This document shows, piece by piece, positions 1-9,459 of a stretch of 47,345 nucleotides of DNA. The position numbers were made by a program, and so were the translations under genes. The DNA lies in contig NIVC01004394.1 of NCBI GenBank assembly GCA_002269645.1, forward strand, positions 1 to 47,345, read 5' to 3'. Positions within the stretch are counted from its first letter, which is position 1; every line of letters starts with the position of its first letter. The notes beneath the pieces are model-generated. The model did not search any database, was not told the origin of the DNA, and saw only the letters and a list, made by a program, of their open reading frames with translations. This stretch comes from Macrostomum lignano. Lineage: Eukaryota.

Positions 1-339
1 CATTTTCAGATTTGCCTTTGCTCCGAGCGACTTCATTATTTTATTTCAGGTGACGGATAGACAACTCTGCCGACGCGTCGAGTCCGCACACAAGGTGGCA
101 GCAACCCTACCAAGTTAAGGCTAACGTTTTAGGTTCAATTTCAGGCAAATCGATAGGTAGTACAACGGTGCTATCTAGCTACTTCCGGAGCAGCGAGTTC
201 TATTTCTAGGAACATCATCAAGAACTCGGAAGGAGCAACACAAAGTCATTGTTCCTTATTTACTCGAGAAACTGAACTTTCGACTGCCCCAGTCGCTGTA
301 CTGAAACCGAATTGGCGAATATTTTTTGTTGACCTGGCA

Positions 340-690
340 CTAACACGAGGTCTTTCCGGTGGCCTCTGATCGATCAAGTCTATGATTGTCCGTCTTGGTA
401 CATTCTTGACCCACCAGCTTGTTAGTCGCCTGTTGCAGATCATCGGCGTTCCATGGTAGTGTTGGCCGGATGCAGATACGATTTCTCCGTAGTATTAGGC
501 CACTAGCTAGCTTGATCAGGTAGTCGCGGTGTTTGCCTACCTCCACCACCACATCCCTCCGTTGCCACAGCTTTGTTGTCGGGTATTGTAGAACCAAAGT
601 CGAGCCAATTCTGATTCGGTCCAGACTTTTCTTGACTTGTCGTACTGCTGCATCACTGTCTTGTTAGTTTCAGATGCGGTCTGCTCCGCA
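340..690 (-). mobile_element. Ty3/Gypsy-like LTR retrotransposon remnant, integrase C-terminal region (frameshifted)
   Basis: Joining two minus frames near 630 gives QQYDKSRKSLDRIRIGSTLVLQYPTTKLWQRRDVVVEVGKHRDYLIKLASGLILRRNRICIRP, which fits the YD..A..L..L..G..V..Q...TK.W....V......R.Y.V....G....RNR..LR pattern of Gypsy integrase C-termini. No LTR identified. Confidence 0.65.
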
Positions 691-699
691 TCTGAAGCG

Positions 700-2229
700 G
701 AGGCGGAGGCGGTTGAGAGAGGCCACGACGGGCGGGCGACCATACAGCTGCAACTGGACCACGATAGGCAGATGATCGGAGCCGAGATCCTCCCCGACTG
801 ACCAGTCGGCGCAGTTGCCATCCGGGGATGAGCAATGTTCACGTCCAGGGAGCTGAGCCCGCCGGTGTTGCGGTTGACGTGGGTCGCCGCGCCGTCGTTG
901 CAGGTGGTCATGTTGTTGTGCAGGAGCCACTCTTCGGGGGCGTCAGGTGGCTGCACAGGTCCCACAGGGGGGAGTGGGCGTTAAAGGCGCCGTAGATTAG
1001 CCAGCCCGCTGGCTGCCGCTGGCAGCAGCCGCCAGGTGGGCTCTGGCTCGTCGGCGGCAGCCAGTGTCGACAAAGACCGATTGGACTTCCAGGGCGTTAC
1101 TGGCGCCGGCGGGTGGCAATGACGAGAAAGGTATCCGGTGGTTAATGAGCGTGAGGGGCCCGCCGGCCCGCGCCCATCGCTGCGGTCCAGGCGGACAGCG
1201 GCAAAGCCATGTGGCGGTTTGAAGTTGTCCTGGGGCCGAAGTTTAGTTTCTTGGTGACAGCTACGTCAATGTCCAGATTGGCCAGCGCTGCGCCGAGTTT
1301 GGAGAGCTTAGTCCGAATGCCGTCCGCGTTCCATTAAAGGATGCGGAGTTGTCCAGCTGCTGGCGGCGGGGCGGCTGGGGTAGCCGGGGCCGCAGCAGGA
1401 GGGGCCGCGGAACCCGCGCAGCTTTTGCAATGCCAATTCCGAGCCTCAGGGTTGTTGGCTTTGATCGGTGGAGCCCGGCGCACGCTTTGTGGGCGGTACG
1501 ACTGCAGGTGACACAGCGGAGGGGCACGGTGTTGGACCGGATGCGTTTGTGCAAAGACAGCAGTTGGTGGGGGTGCCGGCAGGGGCGGCCGTCAAGACAG
1601 GCCGCGGGCGGTCCGTGAAGGATGTCCGGGTCGCGGCCACCCGGAGACGGGCCCCGCAAAAAGCGTCGCACCGGTACCGCGAGGACTCGCTGCAAGCGCA
1701 GTGACAGGCCGCGCTCCAGCCGTCAGTTGTACAGTGGAGGTGGCTCCCCCTGCGGAGTTGGCCGCCGCAATGGGAGCAGGAAGTGCACTGGCAACGATCC
1801 CAGTAGGTTCGGCCGAGAGCGGGGGTTCGACGATGGTCCGGTGCAGGTGGCAGACGACTGAGCACGCTGGATTCTGCTGCAGGAGGTTGACAGTGGCAGC
1901 TGTTATTGCAGTGAGGGGCAGCGCAAGTCAGACCGGAGGCCCGGAGCGCAGAGCCCGCGCGCAGAGGGCGCAGCGCGGCAGAGGCGGCGGCAGGGCGCGC
2001 GGCCTGGGTTGCTCTCTATGTCCCCGGAGCGGCTGAGGCGCCAGCTGCAGATGTTGACAATGGCAGGCACTGGCTGAGGTTGGAACGAGGCACTCCACGG
2101 CCACCACTGTCGTCGGGCCGGGTCCGAGACCCGAGACCGGTGTGGGGGCCTGTACGGGTAGCATTCGTGTCCCATCGAAGAGAATGGATGAGACATGGGT
2201 CGCCGCGAAGAGGCTGCTACCACAACCAC
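700..2229 (-). mobile_element. 5' portion of an I-group (Ingi/Vingi-like) non-LTR retrotransposon: HDV-like ribozyme, 2A-like motif, 3 PHD-like modules, AP endonuclease; disrupted, RT absent
   Basis: Minus-strand translation across frameshifts: LSRSGDIESNPG (2002-2037); Cys/His modules (CALCARAL..TCAAPHCNNSCH; CSHCGGQLRRGSHLHC..CHCAC; CLC..RIRSNTVPLRCVTCSRTAHKAC); APE motifs LRIL*WNADGIRTKL (~1310-1350), NDGAATHVNRNTGGLSSLDV and GSDHLPIVVQL (~755-790). Confidence 0.8.
2157..2229 (-). ncRNA. HDV-like self-cleaving ribozyme fold at the retrotransposon 5' end (possibly degenerate)
   Basis: Minus strand: P2 GGTAGCA/TGCTACC (7 bp), P3 GCC/GGC, L3 TCTTCGC, P4 TCTCATC/GATGGGA, J4/2 CGAA, P1 GTGG-TT/GACCCAT (one bulge). 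The element order matches HDV ribozyme topology. Confidence 0.7.
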
Positions 2230-2845
2230 GGGCTGCTGTTGCTGCCCTTCTCGACATCAGCTTTATCAACGACGAATAGGCGCGCGACCTTTACCCTGAA
2301 AGACCGCCGGATCAATCTCATCTGTGTGTACGCACCGACTAGCCCGCAAAAGAGTGAAGACAGCGAGACCACCGTCGATCTTTACAGAACTCTGAGACAG
2401 ATCTGCAGCTCTTTACCGGACCGCGACGCTAGCTCTCTTCATTATGGAAGATTTCAATGCTCCCCTTGCGGTTGACGGCGAGCTGGTTAAGAACCAATGT
2501 GGACGTTTGAATGCCAACTCTCCTTTCCTGACCGACTTCATCACCTCGGAGTAGCTGATTCTTCTTGATGGCTACTTTCGGCAGCGTTCTGCTAAAGCTG
2601 CCCATCTTTTAAGGTATCAACGGCGTGTCACTCGCCTTGACTGGCTGCTTTGTCCGAAGCACATAAAGCACATGGCAAAGGTGATCAATATTAGGTCCAA
2701 GTGCCTTCCGTCCGACCACTCTGTGGACGCCTGTGACGTCGACTTTCGCTGGCACACCAACAAAATTAGCAACCGCCCTTTTCCTCTCTGGGCTGATCTC
2801 CGCAACCCAGATACGAGGACCAATTTTGTTCAAAAGCCTCCTAAA
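2230..2845 (+). mobile_element. Second non-LTR retrotransposon (RTE-like) AP endonuclease fragment, pseudogenised
   Basis: GLLLLP..RATF..INLICVYAPT, then after a frameshift LFIMEDFNAPL, TRLDWLLC and PSDHS. These are APE motifs, with one in-frame TAG near 2550. Confidence 0.75.
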
Positions 2846-3077
2846 TTCTGACCCGCTACCGGAGAATTACATGTATTATTCACATAAATCAGTGGATAAA
2901 TGGTATATTCCCGCAAGCTGTACTGCAGCAGCACAGTGTGGGAACTGTGGATAGAATATTCATTTAAACGGGCCCTGAGATTCTTTATGATTCTTCGAAT
3001 TTCTTGCCCTGGTGGTTCTACGAGCTATGTACATGAGTTGTATTTGAGTATAATAATTCAACTTTTCTATGGGGTCA

Positions 3078-3270
3078 CCGACTTTTGACTGCCAGATTTG
3101 ACTGCCAGTGACTTTTGACTGCCAGAAGTTTGACTACCCACAATTTGACTGCCAAAAATCCCCCACAATTTGACTGCCACTTTCGACTGCCAGAGACTTT
3201 TGATTGCCAGCGACTTTTGAGCTGCCAGCGACTTTTGAGACTGCCAGCAAATTTTGACTGCCAGACTTTT
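3078..3270. repeat. Degenerate short tandem repeat, core TTTGACTGCCA(G)
   Basis: About 10 imperfect copies of tttgactgcca with variable spacers. Confidence 0.85.
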
Positions 3271-5175
3271 GAAATAAGTGTGAGTGGTTAGTATTAAATC
3301 AAACATCAAGATTCAATTTACTCGCAAATATAATATTTTGAAATCGTAATGTACAATAGTCAGACAGAGTGTGCTTTGTTATCTTTATAATGTTTAAACA
3401 AAAATATACGGACATATTCGAAGACAATCCCTTAACTTCGTGACTTTTGTGCCCAATTTATTGTGTTTTATAAATCTTTACCTTCAAAATTTGTTTCAAA
3501 TGCTGACTTAAAAATTGAAAACCTTAGCTTTTAAAACTTATTGTTTGATTATTACGGAAACTCTCAACTTTTCAAAAACATAATACACTATCTACATATC
3601 ACGCGCTTTCAAATACTGCATATCTTTACAAAAAGTCGCCTATTATTGAAAGAAATCCTTATACTCGATGTTTGCTATATTGACAGAATAATATTACACT
3701 ACCTTTGTTGAATCGCATTTAGATGAATCGTTAAATTGCATCTATCTGTTTTTTATTATTCCCAACTTAAAATCTTGTCGTTATGTTTTTTGTCGTTAGT
3801 CGTTCGAAAAAACCGTAAAAATTCCAGACGATCTTTCAAATGCCTTCGTAACTCATATAATTTACATCGCGATCTTGTAAAAATAATCAACCTTTTGAAC
3901 AAATGTTTAATACATCGAATCATATTGGCAAAACAGGCTCTTTGCCTGAGCCAAACTTACTACTACTACTACTACTATACCATCAGCAGAACCATCTGAC
4001 CAGTGGATAGGCCTACGGAGAAGAAAGACGAAGAGGAAAATAAATAGGCCTGCTCCAGTTATAGTCAAATATAATTATCCTTTAAATTGTTTTTTAATGG
4101 TCGTAACGTAACTCAATTATGGGTTTCTATTTACTGTATTTAATTCGAGTAGATACTATATAGACCTATTTATTTTATTTTATTTTAGGGCTAGGCCTTC
4201 ACCACTAAATATAGGCCTAGCAACTATAATAATAACCTAGGCCTATAACTATAAGTATATGTGGCATAGGCCTAGTCTAGTTAAAGATAATTTATAGTGC
4301 ATAGTTTCTATATAGTAACTGACTAGGTGGCCCTGACCTTGCCACCCAGTCTCACAGTCTGCTTTGGTCTCATCTTCCAAGTTTAAAAAATAAAATTTCA
4401 AAATTCTATCCTACTAAAAATGCTTGTGGCCTACTAGCAGCTGCCAACCATAACCAACCCAATGGCTGCAATTGAGCCTTATATTGAAGTGTTACACAAT
4501 TGGAAAGCAGCCTATAAGTGGCAAGCCAAAAATTACACTTATAGTATGACTAGGCTTACCAACCAATGATTAATGAAGTGCCACTAATGTGTATTTAACT
4601 TGATATATGTACATTTGTACCAGATTCCAGATAGTATACAAAAAAGGATTTGGCATTACTATTAGCATATAGTAGGGCTAGGGCCTGACAATTAGTATAC
4701 CCTTTGGTATATAAGTAGGGCATACAAAGATGGCTAAAATAGCAAGTAAAGTAAAGTCTAAGTCTCAACTAGGCCTAATACATGCCCAACTTCAAAATTT
4801 CACCTACCCAGGCCCCAGTGCAACTTAGTTTTTCCAGATTTGTGACTTAGTTCATCCCAATTATGATTTAGTTCCTCTCAATTGCAACTTAGTTCCCCCA
4901 ATTACAATTTAACTTTCATTTTATATGACTTTTCTTGCTGTTTTCTCTTTTTTTCTCTTTCCTCTTTCTCTTCTCTTTCTTCACCTTCTTTTCTTTTCCT
5001 TTACTCTTCTTCTCCTTTCTTTCTTCCCCAATTTTTTTGTTTTTGCTTTTTTCAATTTTGTGACTTACGTTGGCCGATGGCCATTTGACCTATCTAGTTA
5101 GGACAGGTTAGATGGGTATTGGGCATATGGTCCCAACCAGTGAACAAAAGTTGGTATACAAAAATGACCAAGTCA

Positions 5176-5654
5176 CCATAGTCTGGATCATGGTAGGGTA
5201 TACGCCAAACTAAAACTTGATGGATCCACAGTTTGTATGCCAATGTACGCCAAATTTTTTCTGCCTTCCCCTAACTGTACGCCAAAAATGGAGCATATCG
5301 CAATTTAAATACAGTTACACCTATGTTATATATATCCCTGTTATCCTGCAAGCAAGTAAAATATATATTATTCCTCTAGCAGCAGGTTTTATTAGAATAT
5401 TAAAATTATTCAATAGAACAATAGATGGGAATATATTTTGTTAAAGTGAATGTATTTCTAGTATAAATTCCATTTTTTAAATTATCGTGCAAATTCCTAA
5501 AAAATACCAATGTTTATGTACATTACATTGTAAGTTGCAATAACAGCAGCGTGTATGCCACTCACGCCAATAGGTAGGTCCCAATTTTTTGGTTGTATGC
5601 CAATGTACGCCAATAGGGTTAGGCCTAGTGTACAGGCCATGATCTGGACTATGG
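5176..5654. mobile_element. Non-autonomous TIR element (MITE), 18-bp imperfect TIR, 8-bp TSD CCAAGTCA
   Basis: Left end CCATAGTCTGGATCATGG (5176-5193) versus reverse complement of the right end CCATAGTCCAGATCATGG (5637-5654), 16/18 identical. CCAAGTCA at 5168-5175 and 5655-5662. Internal repeats of ACGCCAA and TTGTATGCCAATGTACGCCAA. Confidence 0.8.
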
Positions 5655-6335
5655 CCAAGTCAATGTTTGGCATAGTCTTCATCTCTATATACATAGATAA
5701 AAAAGCTAAATTTAGATCAAAAGTTATATAGTTTTCAAAAGTTACCAAAATAAAATTAAAAATTATATCCAATTTATTAAGAAATTAAAAATGAAAATAA
5801 AATTGAAAAAAACATATGTTGGTAGAGTCGCTCGCTTGGCGAGAAGAATAAATAGAAAGCTTAATATCAACATTTGAATATGATTGCAATTTCTAACAAC
5901 TTCAACGCATTTTGCACGCCATGGTGCATTGTCAGGATTTTATTAGAACAATTTGAGAAAGTGAGATTGAAAACAATTGATTAAATATTAGTTTTTGCAA
6001 TGTACACAGGTAAGGAGGGTAAGATTGAAAACAATTGATTACAACTTGGCTTTAACAACATACATAGGTAGGTAGGAGAGAAAATTATAGATTGAGATTG
6101 AAAATTAAACCAAATGTACACAATTCTTGTCCAGTGGTCAAAAGGCAGAATCAGGGGCGGTAGCTTAAGACAAGCTTCTAACAAGTTAGTTGTTAGAAAT
6201 TGCAATCATATTCAAATGTTGATATTAAGCTTTCTAAAAAAACATAGTTTAGTAAAATATAAGACAAGTTTTTATTTAATTTTTTGCAAAGATTAAAAAT
6301 ATTTGCAAGTCTAAAATATTAAAATATATAGCTTG

Positions 6336-7474
6336 TAGTGTTCCGCCGTAATTACGGCTACGGCTACGGCAAATTATGGCTACGACACTTTTGAAGCCGT
6401 ATTTTCATTACGGATTACGGTTACGGACATATTTTGAGCTTACAGTTACGGTTACGGATTACGGAGATTTTTCTAGACTTGCCATAATTGGTAGCCGTAA
6501 CAAAAAATATTTATTTTTAACTGTTTAGTGTTATAAAAGAATTTTTTTATATCAACTTCAACCAGTTTTCATTTTGTTTTACTAGTTATTATTATTTTTT
6601 TACATTTGTTAAGTTTCTAAATATCTACGAAACTTCTTGAAAATGAAAAACGAATTTTTTCACGAATTTTCTCATTAGGCATACGGCATAGCATAGCATA
6701 GCGATAGCATGATAGCAGCGAGACAGAGAGAGCCAGTCAAAGCCTACAAGAGACTAAGAATCTGGCATTCTTATTTCTTAGCCATATGTAGCATTTAGCT
6801 CCTTAGCATAAAAATAGGATATTAGATTTAGATTATGAGGATAAGGATGAAAGAATATTAATAAGGAAATACTAAATAAATACTAATAGGATAAGAATAT
6901 GAATTATGATTGAAAATTGATTGAAACCAAAGAAGACAATACAATAGACAATGCAATAAAATTAAAATGAAAAATGTAACATGCAATTTCTTAGTCATCG
7001 GAAATTTTGAAGCAGTTTTATTTGAACAAATTCATATATTTATTTAATGATATTAAACATACACATTGACCTTGGCACGTCAGTCATATATTCATATTGT
7101 AGCGAAACAAAACAGAATCACGACACAGAAAACTGAAAAAGGCACCAAGCATACAATTGCATACAACAATGCTATAGAATACTTCGATAAAGATATTATA
7201 TTTACGAAAAAATAAATGAATATTAATGCATGAACGAACAACAAGTAGGTTTTATTGCTATCCTTTTATCCTTTTTATCTGTCCTTTTCTGTCTGCCCTA
7301 CTTTTCATGCAAAAATATCAATTTTTGTTATACATTACGGCTACGGTTACGGCAAATTACGGTTATGGACTTTTTTAGCCCGTAATGACGGCAAAATTCG
7401 GCTACGGAAGTTGCTTCTTTCTTACAGCTACGGTTACAGTTACGGAGGTCAAAACTCGCGGCGGCGGAACACTA
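6336..7474. mobile_element. Non-autonomous hAT-like element, 13-bp TIR TAGTGTTCCGCCG, 8-bp TSD ATAGCTTG
   Basis: Perfect TIR at 6336-6348 and 7462-7474. Perfect TSD at 6328-6335 and 7475-7482. Clusters of TACGG subterminal repeats at both ends; no coding capacity seen. Confidence 0.9.
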
Positions 7475-7742
7475 ATAGCTTGTCTTATTTATTTCTATCT
7501 TAGGCCTAGGCCTAGTATATTTTTGTATGCAATTTTGTATGCAATTAGTTTATTTCCGTATATTGGCTTAGTTAAGGAAGCAAATTTTGTTCTGGTATAT
7601 ATTAGTATACAATCCTAATAGTAATATTAGCACTTATATGTTATCATTAAAGTATATTATAGAGTGGCAATTTTTTACTTTATTGTAATAAATTATTTTT
7701 GCATTTTTACAAACTCTTCACAAAGTCATATAAAGTAATTAG

Positions 7743-8010
7743 TCAATGGTAGTGCTTAACCCAATATAGGAAGTTCCCACACTTTTGGCTACAAGAAAAG
7801 ATAGTGCCTAGGTACTCATTGAGGTGGGTATCAAATAGGATGTTGCTAGTACTGTGAATTGCCTTGAAATAGGCCTTGACGCATACCCATGACCTCTCAA
7901 TAGTGTTTGTATGGATGCTCAGGTCATTGGGGTCTACAAAATGACATCGGTGATTGATAGCCACATGATTCTGCAAGCCATTATAGGCCTGCCATCCAGG
8001 CCTAAGCATA
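7743..8010 (-). mobile_element. Merlin / ISXO2-like (IS1595 family) DDE transposase remnant
   Basis: GWQAYNGLQNHVAINHRCHFVDPNDLSIHTNTIERSWVCVK matches the (D)GW.AY..L..H..VNH...FVDP....HTN.IE..W pattern of this family. No TIRs found. Confidence 0.65.
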
Positions 8011-8149
8011 GTGCTCTAGGCCTCCTAGCCATTTGTCAGTCATTAGATAGGCTGAAAAGTTTGGGAAAATGCAAGAATAATTTGTTGTAGTAAAGTAAAA
8101 GATTGCCCATGGAGTACACAGACAACAGAATTATATTAGGTTATTAATA

Positions 8150-9459
8150 CGAGGGTTGTTCGACAAGTTCGTGGATAAACTTATTTTTTTTCCAAATGAA
8201 AGACAGTTAAGTCACCATACTTCAGACCATAGACAGCACTTATGCCCCACAACTTTTAATGGTAGTGCGATCAAATATGCTTATGCTATTTTTTACAGCA
8301 GTCATTTTAAGTTACCCACTGTTTTTGGCACTATGGAAAAAAATGAAGAAGCCAAGCAAAGCATAATTTAGTTCTTATGGAAGGAAGGGAAGCGACAGGC
8401 CGACATTGTTCGCGAGTTGCATGCAGCATATGGTGAAGATGCCCCTTCAAAGTCGATGGTCAGCAAGTGGGTGCAGCGGTTTGAGGATGGCTGGGAGACA
8501 GTCGAAGATCTGCCATGCAGTGGAAGGCCAGCCACCACGGTCAACATGTTCAACATTGAGCGCGTGCGTCAGGCACTTGATGTCGACCACCGGATCATCG
8601 TGCGTGAACTGGCAGAGACTGTGGGTATATCACCCACAGCAGTTCACGAAATTCTCATGGCCAAGCTTGGGATGTCGCGAGTTGTTGCTCGTTGGGTCCC
8701 GAAGCTTCTGACAGATGATCAGCAGCGCGGGCAGGTCCGTGCATGTCAGCAGCTCCTGCAGGCCTACCACAACGACCCGAACTTTTTGGATCGAATTGTG
8801 ACTGGGGATGAGTCGTGGATTCATTACAGTGAGCCAGAGTCGAAGATGCAGAGCAGCGTCTGGAAGGCAGCTGGAGAACCCACCCCAGTGAAGGCCCTGG
8901 CTGCACCATCGGCTGGAAAGCAGATGGCCACCATCTTCTGGGACAAGGAGGGCATCCTGCTCATCGACTGGCTTCCACGTGGCACTACCATTACCAGTGC
9001 TTATTACATCCGAGTGCTGGAGAAGTTGCGCCAAGCAATCAAGACTGAGCACCGGGGCAAGCTGACCAGGGGGATCCTGCTGCAGCAGGACAACGCCAGG
9101 CCCCATACCAGCCAAGCAACAATGGCTGCCAAGAGCCTGGGCTTCGAGCTGCTGCCGCACCCACCCTACTCGCCAGACCTAGCACCGAGCGACTACTGGC
9201 TGTTTGGGCGGATGAAGGAGTCACTCCGGGGTCACCATTATGGCAGCATACAGGCCCTAGCCTCTGCCGTCAGCCAGTGGGTCAGAAGTACCCCCAAAGA
9301 ATTCTTTGCTGCAGGGATTAAAAAGCTACCAGAGCGCTGGCACAAGTATGTGTGCCTCAAGGGCACATACATTGAGAAGGTCGATGACTAAGGTTTTCAG
9401 TTTTGTTGCTTGTTTAACAATAGTTCATGTTTGTCCACAAACTTTCCGAACAACCCTCG
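8150..9459 (+). mobile_element. Full-length mariner element (irritans/Hsmar2-like TIR), TA TSD
   Basis: TIR CGAGGGTTGTTCGACAAGTTCGTGGATAAAC at 8150 versus reverse complement of the right end CGAGGGTTGTTCGGAAAGTTTGTGGACAAAC (4 mismatches), ending at 9459. Flanked by TA at 8148-8149 and 9460-9461; 1310 bp. Confidence 0.95.
8333..9391 (+). pseudogene. Mariner transposase with one early nonsense codon (TAG 8369-8371)
   Basis: ATG 8333 (MEKNEEAKQSII*FLWKEGK...) is in frame with the 8417-9391 ORF. Motifs WVPKLL, TGDESW, QDNARPH and YSPDLAPSD are present; spacing between the 2nd and 3rd catalytic D is 33 aa. Confidence 0.9.

Noticed and set aside
3340-3960. Possible decayed FLYWCH/MULE-like coding on the minus strand (..KILSWE**KTDRCNLTIHLN..)
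   Set aside because: Too many stops and no convincing catalytic motif; needs an HMM search.
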